Shown here one piece after another: positions 33,534 through 44,269 of a DNA stretch of 64,000 nucleotides (its first letter is position 1; every line of letters begins with the position of its first letter). Origin of the DNA: an uncultured Planctomycetaceae bacterium. GTDB lineage: Bacteria; Planctomycetota; Planctomycetia; Planctomycetales; Planctomycetaceae. Under the pieces are notes generated by a model that saw nothing but the letters and a program-made list of their open reading frames with translations, ran no database searches and was not told the origin of the DNA. The stretch is taken from the NCBI GenBank assembly GCA_963815195.1, contig CAWFGE010000008.1:576001-640000 (forward strand), written 5' to 3'. The position numbers and the translations under genes were made by a program.

Positions 33534-34553
33534 ATGTTGCACCGTCAGGGAAGTGCTTTCGCCCAAATTTCCCAGTTTGTTTTGCTCGCCAGTTTGTTTT
33601 TGGCAGGTTCCGGCTGTCAAATGATGAACGGACATGCTTCAAACACTTTGGGTTCCGGATATTACCGCGAAGGCAATTACACGGCGGCCCGGCAGGCCTT
33701 CCAGCAGGCCGTGGTCGAAATGCCGGAGAATCCCGACTTCCGCTACAACCTTGCGGCGACGGTCCAGAAGCAAGGCGACCTCGGCGGAGCCGAGCAAATT
33801 TTTCGGCAGACGCTGTCTATCGATCCCTCCCATCAGCCCAGCTATCACGCCTTGGCCAAGTTATTGAACGCCCAGGGCCGGCAAGCCGAGGCTTTGGGCA
33901 TGCTCAATTCCTGGGTGGCGACGCAACCGTATTCGACCGCTCCGCACGTGGAAATGGCCTGGCTGCAGCGGACCCAAGGCAACCCGACCGCAGCCGCCCA
34001 ATCGCTGGAGACGGCCCTCAAAATGAATCCCCAAGATCCCGCCGCCCTTGCCCAAATGGGGCAGATTTACCAAGAACAGGGCCAAGTGGACCTGGCGGCG
34101 GCGTATTACCAGCGGTCGTTGGAAGGAAACTGGCGACAGCCGGAAGTTCAACAGAAATTCGCCGCCCTTCAACCGCAGGGGACATTGCCAAACCGCGGGC
34201 AAATTGCCTTCGGAATGCCGCAGTCCATGGCCCTCGCAGGACAACCCGTCCCGCAAACCGCCTGGCAAGCCCCGCTGTCCCCAACCGCCACCGCCGGTTT
34301 GCCTCCGCAAGTTCAAACCGCGTTCCTGCCTCCGGGCGTCGCGAGTTCGCCCATGATGCCGAACCCGGCCATGCCCATGATGCCCACCCCAGCTATGCCC
34401 GGCCCCACGGTGATGGCTCAACAACAACCCACGCCTGTGGACGCCGTTCCTGCGGCTCAACCCACGCCGACCTTCGCCGCCGCTCCGCCCAATGCCGACC
34501 CGGCCCACGTGCCGCAAGTCGCGGGCGAACTGCCGGTCGTCCGGCCGTATTAA
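33534..34553 (+). CDS. TPR lipoprotein with Pro-rich tail
   Basis: Signal ending LAGSGC, several TPR repeats, P/A/M-rich C-terminus. Confidence 0.85.
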   Translation: MLHRQGSAFAQISQFVLLASLFLAGSGCQMMNGHASNTLGSGYYREGNYTAARQAFQQAVVEMPENPDFRYNLAATVQKQGDLGGAEQIFRQTLSIDPSHQPSYHALAKLLNAQGRQAEALGMLNSWVATQPYSTAPHVEMAWLQRTQGNPTAAAQSLETALKMNPQDPAALAQMGQIYQEQGQVDLAAAYYQRSLEGNWRQPEVQQKFAALQPQGTLPNRGQIAFGMPQSMALAGQPVPQTAWQAPLSPTATAGLPPQVQTAFLPPGVASSPMMPNPAMPMMPTPAMPGPTVMAQQQPTPVDAVPAAQPTPTFAAAPPNADPAHVPQVAGELPVVRPY

Positions 34554-34616
34554 GGTTTCCCCGAAGAGCCGCGCAGTCCGACATGGCGGATGGAGTCCTG
34601 GTTCTACGCGGTCGGA

Positions 34617-35237
34617 TTAAGTCGAATGGGTCTCGCCTTCGAGATGACTTCCGACAGGCTTGGCTCGGTAGGCGATCTTCGCTCCCTGGATTTCGTAGGC
34701 CTGCTCGATCAATTCGGGGACAGAGTGAAACAGGTCGTTTGGCGACAAGCCGGCCAGCTTCAACAGCCGCATCTCCGTCTGGGAATGTTCTTCAGTCTCC
34801 TGATGATCCAGAATGTGCTCGATTCGCTCATCGGACTTGAGATGCCGGCAGACGAGGATTCCCCGGTGGCAGGTGAGCGGATCGCGTTCCGCGCACATCA
34901 TCGCAATGCGGTGGGATTCGAGCCCCTTCCGAATGCGATCGAGTCCCGCCTGAAATCGCGGCGCTTTGGCGATCAAGTCATAGCTCGCGACCGCCCCGTC
35001 GTAACATTCTCGCTCCGTTCTGCGCGCCCCGAGTTCCTCGCCGAGATAGACGTAGTCGATACTCGCTTCTCTTAATGCCGCTTTGAGAATCTCTTTATTG
35101 AATTGCGGATTGCGGCCGCTATACGGCGTGGACCGCACGTCCGCCACGGCGGTGATGTCATATTCCTTCAAGAGCGAGATAAAATCTTCGCCGGTTCTAT
35201 TGGAATGCCCGATTGTGAACAGCCGATTTCCAACCAT
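34617..35237 (-). CDS. DUF488 family protein
   Basis: LFTIGHSN, DVRSTPYS, YLGEELGAR, MCAERDPLTCHR. Confidence 0.9.
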   Translation of the reverse strand: MVGNRLFTIGHSNRTGEDFISLLKEYDITAVADVRSTPYSGRNPQFNKEILKAALREASIDYVYLGEELGARRTERECYDGAVASYDLIAKAPRFQAGLDRIRKGLESHRIAMMCAERDPLTCHRGILVCRHLKSDERIEHILDHQETEEHSQTEMRLLKLAGLSPNDLFHSVPELIEQAYEIQGAKIAYRAKPVGSHLEGETHST

Positions 35238-35680
35238 CGTGGTGCCTAGGATGTGACATCCCTAAAAAACAAGGGCCGGGATTCAGTCGCTCAGGTACGG
35301 GGAATTCCAGCGTCTCCAAGCTTCTGGATTTACATAAAATTCGGTTGTTGTGCCGATTTCCGGAGAATTCCTCATGTGCCCGCCGGTACCCGAAATAATG
35401 CCGCTGCGATTTCCTCTGGCGCTCCTTTTGCGAGACGGCGGATGGGTCCTGGATTTGTAAGATTGGGTTCAGCGGAAGCTCCGGTACTCAGTTTCTTTGG
35501 ATTTCTGGCCGTTCTCGAAGTAATCTGTCCAAACGCCGCGACAGTTCGAAGGTGAAGTGTTGTGTTTTTGGGAGAACGGCCAGATTGCTCAACGTGGTTT
35601 CTCCCAAGCCGGGCGACTGCCGATGATTCCTTTGTTTCGGTTTCACCTATTCGTCGAGTCGGAGCCTGTGGTATCGCGTC

Positions 35681-37111
35681 CTACTCCCGTCCCAGGACCG
35701 CGTTGATGGCTTCTCTGAGCGAGCGGATTTTGATGGGTTGGACGAGGATTCGCGAGTTGGGACTGGGTTTGAACACCGATTCGAGATCTTTTTGGGATTC
35801 GGAGAGCACCGCGATCACGCCGGGCTTGCCGGACGGGCGGGAGCGGGCTTTTTCGTAGGCGCTCGCGATGTCTTTGCCGATGGAATCGCCGAACAGAATC
35901 AGGCAATCGGGCGGCGAGGTGGCGAGGCGGTTGAGGCCGCGCTGCACGTCGCTGAGCATCAAGACGCGGAAGCCGTGCTTGGTCAGATAGGTCCTTAAGA
36001 CGTCCTGGTGCTTCGTCCGGCCTTCGATGCACATCACGGTGATCGCCGAGTTGTCGGCCGCGGCCGAGGCGTTGTTGGAGCCGGCGATGGCGGGTTGGCC
36101 GTCGTCGGGCGGGGTCTCGCCGAGATCGATCAAAACCGCGCGAAGATCCGCGGCGACGTCCTGGGGCGTCTGGTACCGCTGGTTCGGTTCGAGCATTAGA
36201 AGCCGCTCCACGATGTCTTCGATGTTCCGCGGGATGTTGGGCTCGAGTCGGCGGATGGGGCGGATGTTCGCGTACCGCGAAAGCCGGGACCGCTCCTCCC
36301 GGCTGCGCGTGGACGGATAAGGCGGCGTGCCGGTGAGCAGTTCGTAATAAATCACTCCCAGGAAAAACAAGTCGCTGCGGGGATCGTTGGGCGGCGCGGA
36401 GGCGGCGTCTTCGATCGTCGCATATTCCAAAGCCCGCACGCCGCCGCCCTGTTCATCGCCCGCGAGGCCGAAATCGACCAGCTTGGCGACGCCGGTCGCG
36501 CTCATCAGCACGTTGGTCGTTTTGAGGTCGCGATGCGTCACGCCTTGGCCGAGGGCATACGCGAGTCCTTGGGCTAATTCATACACGCAGCGGGTGGCTT
36601 CGACGAGCGACAGCTTCTTGCGGATGTTCAGAAAGTCCTTGAGGTTCCCCCCCTCGACGAACTCCATCGTAAAAAAATGGTATTCGCCGTCGCTGCCCAC
36701 ATCGTAAATCGGGACGATGTTCGGATGCCGGAGTTTTTGGCAGAGCTCGGCTTCGCGGTGGAACTGCTGGACGCTTTTGGGGTCGCTCGCCCAGCGCTGG
36801 CGGAGGACTTTGAGGCCCACCATCGTCCCGTCGGCGAGCGAGCAGGCCCGGAACACGCGGGCGAAGCTGCCGGAGGCGTTGCGGTACATCAGCTTATAAT
36901 CGCCGAGCACCAGGCCGTCCACGGAGCCTTTCTTGAGCTTGGAGGTCTGGTAGGCCGTGAGGTGCAGATGGTGCTCCATCACGCGGAGCAAGGCGTCCGG
37001 GGACTGTTCGAGCGCGCCCAGTTCGGCCCGGCATTCTTCGACTTGCTCGGGCGTGGCGAGGCGGGCGCGGACCAAAACCTTCCCCAATTGATCGATGGTT
37101 GCAAACGACAT
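35681..37111 (-). CDS. Ser/Thr protein kinase with C-terminal receiver-like domain
   Basis: GSFARVF, GLKVL, HPNIV, HRDLKTTNV, DFGLA, SDLFFLG. Confidence 0.92.
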   Translation of the reverse strand: MSFATIDQLGKVLVRARLATPEQVEECRAELGALEQSPDALLRVMEHHLHLTAYQTSKLKKGSVDGLVLGDYKLMYRNASGSFARVFRACSLADGTMVGLKVLRQRWASDPKSVQQFHREAELCQKLRHPNIVPIYDVGSDGEYHFFTMEFVEGGNLKDFLNIRKKLSLVEATRCVYELAQGLAYALGQGVTHRDLKTTNVLMSATGVAKLVDFGLAGDEQGGGVRALEYATIEDAASAPPNDPRSDLFFLGVIYYELLTGTPPYPSTRSREERSRLSRYANIRPIRRLEPNIPRNIEDIVERLLMLEPNQRYQTPQDVAADLRAVLIDLGETPPDDGQPAIAGSNNASAAADNSAITVMCIEGRTKHQDVLRTYLTKHGFRVLMLSDVQRGLNRLATSPPDCLILFGDSIGKDIASAYEKARSRPSGKPGVIAVLSESQKDLESVFKPSPNSRILVQPIKIRSLREAINAVLGRE

Positions 37112-37191
37112 CGGGTATCCAAATGCCAAAAACTCAAGCAGCGGCCGGCGATTGCGGCCTCTGCGTGGAGGAAAACGTCAAACCAGGCAGG

Positions 37192-37382
37192 AAATCCGAA
37201 GCACGAAATCCGAAATTCGAAACAAATTCAAAATCCCAAATCCAAAGGCTCCAAACCCCGCCGGGTCTCTGCCTTCTGAAAAAATGCGCGACTCATCAGT
37301 TTGGAATTTGAGAAATTTGGTCCTTCGAATTTGTTTCGGATTTCGAGATTCGGATTTCGGATTTCGCGGTATGGGATCGCGC
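37192..37382. repeat. Heptamer-based (AAATCCG-like) palindromic repeat element
   Basis: AAATCCGAAGCACGAAATCCGAAATTCGAAACAAATTC...GAATTTGTTTCGGATTTCGAGATTCGGATTTCGGATTT. Confidence 0.8.
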
Positions 37383-37557
37383 AACACGGTGCCGGCGATC
37401 ACGGATGGCCCAAAGAAATGATCCTACCAGACATTTTTTCACGATCAAGACTCGCCGGCCTTCACCGGTCCTCCCCGCGGACCCCGCGAAGAAAAACCGG
37501 CCCGCGGACGGGCATCCACGGACCGGCTGGAATGACGAATCACCACATCCCCTGCCT

Positions 37558-38223
37558 TTAGTCCGGCAGGCGTTTGGCGCGGATGTTCCGGTAATAGACG
37601 ACGCTCTTCGGGTCGTGGGCTTGGAGGGCGAAGCTGCCTTGGCTCACTTTGCGGCCGCCTTTGACGTCTTCGGGTTCGGTGTAGTTGACGACGACTTCAT
37701 CGTTGACCTTGATGATGATGTGCCGGCCTTTGACGATAACCGTCTGCGTCCACCATTCGTTGTCCTTGGCGGGGGTCTTGAAGCGTTTGACGACGTTGTA
37801 CAAGCTGCCGGTCTTGACCGGGTCTTTGTGGGTCACGTTGACCTGGGCTTCGTGGCCTTGTTCGGGCCAGCCGGTTTCCTGGAACTTCGTGTGGAAGTAA
37901 ATCCCCGAGTTGCTGCCCGGCGTGGTTTTGACCTCGGCTTTGAAGACGAAGTTCTTGAATTCCTGGTCCGTAAACAGATGCGAGCGCGGGCCGTTGGCGA
38001 CGATCTCGCCGTCTTCGACCTTCCACTTGCCGTCCTCGCTGATCCGCCAGCCGGCGAGGTCCTTGCCGTTGAACAGCTTGATCCAGCCGTCTTTCGACTC
38101 CTCGGCTTTTTTGATGTCCCGGTCGTACTCCTGAGAGACCGCGTCTTTCTCGTCTTCCGCCAACAGCGACAACGGCGCAACAGCCAACACGCCGGCCAAC
38201 AATACCCAATGCGAGCGTTTCAT
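37558..38223 (-). CDS. DUF1080 (3-keto-disaccharide hydrolase-like) secreted protein
   Basis: Signal peptide; GWIKLFNGKDLAGW, NSGIYF, TGSLY, ALQAHD, YRNIR. Confidence 0.92.
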   Translation of the reverse strand: MKRSHWVLLAGVLAVAPLSLLAEDEKDAVSQEYDRDIKKAEESKDGWIKLFNGKDLAGWRISEDGKWKVEDGEIVANGPRSHLFTDQEFKNFVFKAEVKTTPGSNSGIYFHTKFQETGWPEQGHEAQVNVTHKDPVKTGSLYNVVKRFKTPAKDNEWWTQTVIVKGRHIIIKVNDEVVVNYTEPEDVKGGRKVSQGSFALQAHDPKSVVYYRNIRAKRLPD

Positions 38224-38354
38224 AGGCGTCAATCTCCTCAAAAAAAGGCGGGGTCATTCCAATAGAACGTGTGAGAAACAGAACCAGCATACAGAATCCC
38301 CAGCACGGTTGCGAACCAAAACGGACCCGCATTAAATCGGCGTGCGCGATATTT

Positions 38355-38540
38355 CGCGATCCCGCACCGGAACATCCGAAATCCGAATCTCGAAATCCGA
38401 AACAAATTCAAAATCCCAAATCCGAATGTCCCAAACAAATCCCCCCCTCTATAAAACACAGTCGATGCCCAGGGTTTGGATATTGAGATTTCGGTCATTG
38501 GAGTTTGTTTCGGATTTCGGATTTCGTGCTTCGGATTTTC
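38355..38540. repeat. Second heptamer palindromic element, inverted relative to 37192-37382
   Basis: ATCCGAAATCCGAATCTCGAAATCCGAAACAAATTC...TTTGTTTCGGATTTCGGATTTCGTGCTTCGGATTT. Confidence 0.8.
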
Positions 38541-38557
38541 AGCAGAAAAACGCTCAT

Positions 38558-38881
38558 TTAAGAGGAAAAAATCTTCAGCCCGATGATTCCCGTGATAATC
38601 AAGCCCACGCACAAGAATCGGGCCAGTTGCGCGGGTTCCTTGAGAACGAGAATGCCCAAGACGAAGGTGCCTGCGGCTCCGATGCCGGTCCACACGGCGT
38701 AAGCGGTTCCCACGGGAATCGTGCGCTGGGCGAGCAGCAGAAAACTCCCGCTCGCGACCATCGAAAAGATCGCCCCGGCGAGCGGCCAGAACTGCACGCC
38801 CTCTTTGGTCCACGCGAACTTGAGGCCGATGGGCCAGCCCCATTCGAAACAGCCCGCGATAATCAAGAAAATCCACGCCAT
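38558..38881 (-). CDS. sugE: SMR-family exporter, SugE/Gdx subtype
   Basis: MAWIFLIIAGCFEWGWPIGLK; PVGTAYAVWTGIGAAG; GIIGLK. Confidence 0.85.
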   Translation of the reverse strand: MAWIFLIIAGCFEWGWPIGLKFAWTKEGVQFWPLAGAIFSMVASGSFLLLAQRTIPVGTAYAVWTGIGAAGTFVLGILVLKEPAQLARFLCVGLIITGIIGLKIFSS

Positions 38882-39091
38882 CCGCGATTGCTCCTCTAAA
38901 TCAGCGCGTGGTTTCCGGTCTTCGGAAACCTTGCGCGCGCATTCTATCGCGATCGTTCTTCGGGAACAGGCCCAGGCTCCCATGCGGGAAAGTTTCCAAA
39001 GGGCGGGTTGGCATGATCTCCCGCCCGCCCGCTATAATGCCCGCCGATTGGAAGTCTCCTCATGTCCCCTGGCCGTTCAACAGCAGTCCCC

Positions 39092-40378
39092 ATGAAGCAA
39101 CAACTCGCGGAACTCGAGCGAATCCATTTCCTGCGGGCGTTTCCTTGGATGCATTTGTTTCGGGCGTTCCGCATCGCGCTCGACATTCGCAAGATGCTTC
39201 TGGGAGCGGCCGCGTTGTTGGTCTTGTTCGGCGGGTTTTACGGGGTGTCCTATTTCCCGCTGGACCTTTCGGAATCGGAGATCGCCGAACTCCGAAAACC
39301 GCCTTGGGAACTGGAGACGCTCAGCACGCCGCGGCCCGATTCCCTCGGCGACTTCGATTGGGGGCGGATGGGGCGGATGCTGTCGAAGCCGGTTATGGCG
39401 ATCGTGGACCCCGTCGTCGAGCTTTTCCAACGGAAGCAGACTTGGAGCGGGGCGGCGATTCGCTGGACCCGGATTCTGTGGCTGTTGGGCGTCTGGTCGT
39501 TTTTCGGAACGGCCATCAGCCGGATGTCCGCCGTGCAGTTCGCGCTCGATGAGCGGGTCAGTCTGAAACAAGCCGGAGCGTTCGCCGGCTCGAAATGGCT
39601 ATGGGTCTTCTCGGCCCCGTTGATGCCGATGGCCGGCGTGCTGCTGTTGTGGTTTCTCTGCGTGGTCGGCGGATGGATCGGACGGATTCCCGGCGCGGGG
39701 CCGGTGATCGTGGGCGTATTGTGGATCGTTCCGCTCCTGTTGGCGCTGGCGATGGTGCTGTTGTTGATCGGGCTTGTGTTCGGATGGCCGTTGATGATCG
39801 GCACGATCAGCGCACAAGGCAGCGACGCGTTCGACGGCTTCAGCCGTTCGTTCGATTACGTTTACAGCCGGTTTTGGCATCTCGTCTGGTTTGTAATCGT
39901 GGCGGCGGCCTATGGGATGGCGACGCTGTTAATCGTCTGGGGCGTCGCGATGTGGCTGGCGGACCTGGCGGCTGCCTCGGTGTGGGCGGGCATGGGCGCG
40001 GGGTTTCAAAACCTCTCCGGCGAGGTGCCGAACTTGTTTGGTCCCCTGGGACAAATGGAAAAGACGCCGTCCCACCTGGCCGGCCGCTGCGTTTCGGCGT
40101 GGTTGTCCGCCTTGGCTCTGCTGGTCGCCGGGTATGGGGTGAGCTATTTCTGGTCGGCGTCCACGATCATCTATTTCCTGCTTCGGCAAAGCGAAGACGC
40201 CAACCATTTGAGCGAAGTCTATCTCCCCAACAGGGAGCAATCGGACGACCTGGTCCAACTCGCGGGCGTGGCGGCGTCCGATCAACCCATCGTCGAACGC
40301 CCCGCCAAACACGAATCGAAAAGCTCGGAACCGTCCCCCGACCAGACCGGAGAGAAACCCCGAAACGATCAAACCTGA
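39092..40378 (+). CDS. Conserved hypothetical membrane protein
   Basis: Multiple TM helices; DAFDGFSRSFDY, YFLLRQSED. Confidence 0.8.
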   Translation: MKQQLAELERIHFLRAFPWMHLFRAFRIALDIRKMLLGAAALLVLFGGFYGVSYFPLDLSESEIAELRKPPWELETLSTPRPDSLGDFDWGRMGRMLSKPVMAIVDPVVELFQRKQTWSGAAIRWTRILWLLGVWSFFGTAISRMSAVQFALDERVSLKQAGAFAGSKWLWVFSAPLMPMAGVLLLWFLCVVGGWIGRIPGAGPVIVGVLWIVPLLLALAMVLLLIGLVFGWPLMIGTISAQGSDAFDGFSRSFDYVYSRFWHLVWFVIVAAAYGMATLLIVWGVAMWLADLAAASVWAGMGAGFQNLSGEVPNLFGPLGQMEKTPSHLAGRCVSAWLSALALLVAGYGVSYFWSASTIIYFLLRQSEDANHLSEVYLPNREQSDDLVQLAGVAASDQPIVERPAKHESKSSEPSPDQTGEKPRNDQT

Positions 40379-40465
40379 ACCAATTTGCGAGCATCTTATG
40401 GAGCGCGAAAAGCCGCCTTCCGTTTTTTGTGGTGACCACATCCGAGACCGCAGGAGCCGTGGCAA

Positions 40466-41899
40466 ATGTCCTTTCCGAGAATCTCCAGCTTGAAGACGCT
40501 GGAGCCGTTTCGCGACCGGCTGGAAGAATTGGGCATCGATCTGCCCGTCGCGGAACGCGTGGAACCGGGGCCGGATTCGCCGCTCGGCCGGCCGCTTCCA
40601 AGCCGCTTTCGCGTCGGCAACCGGTTTTGCATTCTGCCGATGGAAGGCTGGGACGGTGAAACCGACGGCCGGCCTTCCGACCTGACGCAGAGGCGCTGGG
40701 AGAACTTCGGGCGGAGCGGAGCGAAGTGGATCTGGGGCGGCGAAGCGGTGGCCGTCCGCCACGACGGGCGGGCCAACCCCAACCAGCTTCTCATCAACGA
40801 TCACACGCTCTCGTCCATCGAAGCCCTGCGGGAAATCCTGGAACAGACCCACCACCGGGAATTCGGGACAACCGCCGACCTCTTGGTGGGATTGCAACTC
40901 ACGCATTCGGGCCGGTTCGCCCGGCCCAATGAAAAGACCCGCCTCGAGCCGAGGATCGCCTATCGGCATCCCGTGCTCGATCCCCGCGCGGGCATCACCA
41001 GCGATGCACTGATCCTTTCCGATGCGGAACTCGCCCGCCTCACCGAGGACTTTATTCAGGCCGCGGTGCGCGCGCACAAGGCGGGCTTCCGCTTCGTGGA
41101 CATCAAGCACTGCCACGGCTATCTCGGGCACGAACTGCTCTCCGGCTTCGACCGCCCGGGCAACTATGGCGGGAGTTTTGAAAACCGGACCCGGCTGCTC
41201 CGGGATGTCGTCGCGGGCATCCGCGCGAATGCACCGGGACTCGAAATCGGCGTCCGCGTGAGCATCTTTGACTTCGTCCCGTTCCAGGCCGGTCCCGGCG
41301 GCGTCGGCGTTCCCGCGATGACGGGGGACTATCCGTTTGCCTTCGGCGGCGACGGGACGGGGCTGGGCATCGATCTTTCCGAACCGTCGCGGTTTATGGA
41401 ACTCTTGAAACAAATCGGCATCGAACTCGTGTGCTCGACCGTGGGCAGCCCGTATTACAATCCGCACATTCAGCGGCCCGCGGCGTTTCCGCCGTCCGAC
41501 GGCTACCTCCCGCCCGAAGACCCGCTCGTGGGCGTGGCCCGGCAGATTCACGCCACCGCCGAGATCAAACGCCGGCATCCCGATCTGTTTGTGGTGGGGT
41601 CGGGATACAGTTACCTCCAGGAGTGGCTGCCTCACGTCGGCCAGGCCGTGGTGCGCGACGGGCTCGCCGATGCCGTCGGTCTAGGGCGGATGGTGCTGTC
41701 CTATCCGCAGCTTCCCGCCGACGTGCTCGCGGGCCGGCCGCTCGCGCGAAAGCTCATCTGCCGGACGTTCAGCGAATGCACGACCGCTCCGCGGAACGGC
41801 ATGGTCTCCGGGTGCTATCCGCTCGATCCCTTCTACAAAGCCCGCCCGGAACGCGAGACGATTCAAGAGATTAAAGCCCGCGCCAAGCCCCAGCCGTAG
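40466..41899 (+). CDS. NADH:flavin oxidoreductase (Old Yellow Enzyme family)
   Basis: [37 protein letters not shown]. Confidence 0.92.
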   Translation: MSFPRISSLKTLEPFRDRLEELGIDLPVAERVEPGPDSPLGRPLPSRFRVGNRFCILPMEGWDGETDGRPSDLTQRRWENFGRSGAKWIWGGEAVAVRHDGRANPNQLLINDHTLSSIEALREILEQTHHREFGTTADLLVGLQLTHSGRFARPNEKTRLEPRIAYRHPVLDPRAGITSDALILSDAELARLTEDFIQAAVRAHKAGFRFVDIKHCHGYLGHELLSGFDRPGNYGGSFENRTRLLRDVVAGIRANAPGLEIGVRVSIFDFVPFQAGPGGVGVPAMTGDYPFAFGGDGTGLGIDLSEPSRFMELLKQIGIELVCSTVGSPYYNPHIQRPAAFPPSDGYLPPEDPLVGVARQIHATAEIKRRHPDLFVVGSGYSYLQEWLPHVGQAVVRDGLADAVGLGRMVLSYPQLPADVLAGRPLARKLICRTFSECTTAPRNGMVSGCYPLDPFYKARPERETIQEIKARAKPQP

Positions 41900-41902
41900 G
41901 GA

Positions 41903-43930
41903 TCAGGGATTTTGTTTCTGAAACCGGGACCGCTCGTCGCTTGAAAGCTGTTGGAGACGAGGAACATCTTCCTGTAACACATAGCCGGCCTCAACCAGTC
42001 GAGCGATCTGCTCGGCAAATCGGCGTTGATAGGTTTCAAAATCGCCGTAGCGTTCCTGGAGGGACAAACGCGGATCGCCGGTTTGTCCCCGGGCTTCTTT
42101 GGTGAGGGGCAAAGGAAGATAGCCGCCGGTGAGGCTCAAGAGTTCCGTTTCGGCCCCAATCTCCCGTTTGCGGAGGTTCCAACTGGTAAAGGTCGCCAAG
42201 GGCACGGCCACGGTCGGCAAAAGCAAGCCACCCCGTTCGTTGTCGTCCTCCCCGTAGGCGGGGATTTTGACCACATACTGTCCTTGGACCTGGGGCGGTT
42301 GAATGGTGATTTGACGCTTCGTCAGAAACCAGGGTCCCCGATCCACGAAATCCGGTTGATGGATCACCTCGGGATACCGCACGCCGGGCAGCGGCTTCCA
42401 GCCGCTCTCGGCACCCGGCCAAGGCACCAAGGTTCCCTCGGCGATTTGGGGATACACGCTCGCGGGGGGCGTTAAATCCTCACGGACCCAGCGATCGAGC
42501 GCCGCGAGCAAGGCCCGCAGCACGGGGCGATAGTCCGTCGGGTTCGACGGCAACTGACCGGAACCGCCTTCCGCAGGCCGGCCGCTGCCCGGCCCATGCT
42601 GCGCGCCGCCGATGGCATAGATGCGGACTTCGGGAGGAATCTTCGCATCCCGCCGGCCCAACGGATCGGTATGCACCAGCGACCCGGCCCGGTGCCAATA
42701 TTCCGACGAGGTTTGAATGTGCATGATCTTCGGCACGACCCCGGCGGCTCTCGACCGGGTGAGAATCGCCTCGCGGCGTTTGGTAAACGGGTCGAGCTCC
42801 TCGCCGTAGGCAAAGGGAAACACATCGGCCGGGTAATCGTGGTTATCGTGCTGGGCGTTGTGCCGGGTCGGCGAGGCGAAGCGGTGATTGAAGAACCCCA
42901 ATCCCCCGCCGGCGACGTGGGGCATCAATCCATCAAAGACCTTTCGGCCCCGTTCATCGGCATTGAACCCATCATAAAGAAACTGCCGCAGACAGCGCCC
43001 GCTCTGCGACACGCCAAACCCATACGCCCGCGGTGCGACGGAGCGGCCTTTGTGAGACAGCGGATTTCGTTCGCTGGTTTCCGCCTTCAGAAAACTGACC
43101 AGGTCGCGAATCCCCGCCAACCCCACGCCTTGGACAATCGGACCTTCGGCCTCGTAGATCAATTCATAGATGTAGCCGGAGCGAATCCCGCCGGAGAGTT
43201 CCAACTCGATCTTGGGCAGTGCCGAGCGGCGGCCCGCGGCCAGGGTAAATTCTTGATGAAGTTTCCACTGGGCGCGCGGAATCAAGACCCGCGGATCGCG
43301 TTCCCGCAAGCGCCAGGTCAATGTCGCCTGTTCGAGGCCGCGCGGAGTGGGCGGGTAGCTGCCCTGATTCGCAAAGTGGGCGATGTTCTGCCGCGTGACA
43401 TTGGTATTGGACACAAATTCCGCGCGGACCAATCCGGTAATGGGCTTTCCGTGATCTGTCGCGATGGGGGCTTCGAGAAGCAATCGCTCGCCGCCCGGCA
43501 GCACTTCGGCGATCCAGCCGCTCCACACGATGACATAGCCCTGCCGCATTAAAAACCCGTCCGCTCCGCCGCCGTTGAACATCCCCAGACAAACGCGGTT
43601 CCCCCGGTTGTTGACGTCATAGAGCAAAGCCCCGTTGGCTCGAGAGCGGTCCTTGGGGACGAGGACCTCCAGGTCGGCGGAGAATTCCACAAGACCTTCC
43701 GCGTTTCGCGGGGCGAGTTCCAAATCCACGATCGTCCGATTGGCCTCGGCCAACGGATCGACCGCAAAATGCACGTTCCCGCGAACCCGCTCGTAGGCCC
43801 CGACATCCCCATACGCTTTCCCGCCTGCATACGGTTCGCGGCTGGTGATTTCGACACGGGTGACTTCCGCCAAAACCGCGGAGGGCCACAGAATCAAGAG
43901 ACCCAACGCCAAAATGCAAAAACAGCGCAT
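41903..43930 (-). CDS. Secreted alpha/beta-hydrolase-domain protein
   Basis: Signal peptide; YDVNNRG, GIRDLVSFL, GVSQSGR nucleophile elbow, SSEYW. Confidence 0.85.
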   Translation of the reverse strand: MRCFCILALGLLILWPSAVLAEVTRVEITSREPYAGGKAYGDVGAYERVRGNVHFAVDPLAEANRTIVDLELAPRNAEGLVEFSADLEVLVPKDRSRANGALLYDVNNRGNRVCLGMFNGGGADGFLMRQGYVIVWSGWIAEVLPGGERLLLEAPIATDHGKPITGLVRAEFVSNTNVTRQNIAHFANQGSYPPTPRGLEQATLTWRLRERDPRVLIPRAQWKLHQEFTLAAGRRSALPKIELELSGGIRSGYIYELIYEAEGPIVQGVGLAGIRDLVSFLKAETSERNPLSHKGRSVAPRAYGFGVSQSGRCLRQFLYDGFNADERGRKVFDGLMPHVAGGGLGFFNHRFASPTRHNAQHDNHDYPADVFPFAYGEELDPFTKRREAILTRSRAAGVVPKIMHIQTSSEYWHRAGSLVHTDPLGRRDAKIPPEVRIYAIGGAQHGPGSGRPAEGGSGQLPSNPTDYRPVLRALLAALDRWVREDLTPPASVYPQIAEGTLVPWPGAESGWKPLPGVRYPEVIHQPDFVDRGPWFLTKRQITIQPPQVQGQYVVKIPAYGEDDNERGGLLLPTVAVPLATFTSWNLRKREIGAETELLSLTGGYLPLPLTKEARGQTGDPRLSLQERYGDFETYQRRFAEQIARLVEAGYVLQEDVPRLQQLSSDERSRFQKQNP

Positions 43931-44269
43931 GCGATCGACTCACTTCCCTAGGTTCGTCCGGTTCAATCAACGAACCCATTGTGCCCCTGCGCCTGCAAAA
44001 AGGAAACACCGCCGGCCCGCACATCTTGATCCCCTCCTGGTTTCCATCGGTGAGGACAAACTCTTCGCCCGCTCATGGTTCCGCGCAAATTCGCAAGGTT
44101 GATCGCGGTTCGTGTGAGGAGCCGCCCGCGATGAGTGACGAACAGGCAACGGCCGACGCTTTGATTATCGGGTCAAAGTGCTCGCGGAATACGGCTGGAA
44201 CACAACACACGCGGACTGAGTTTTCTCATGATGGCATCTCAGTTTTTAAGCCGTGCAAAATGATTCGCC

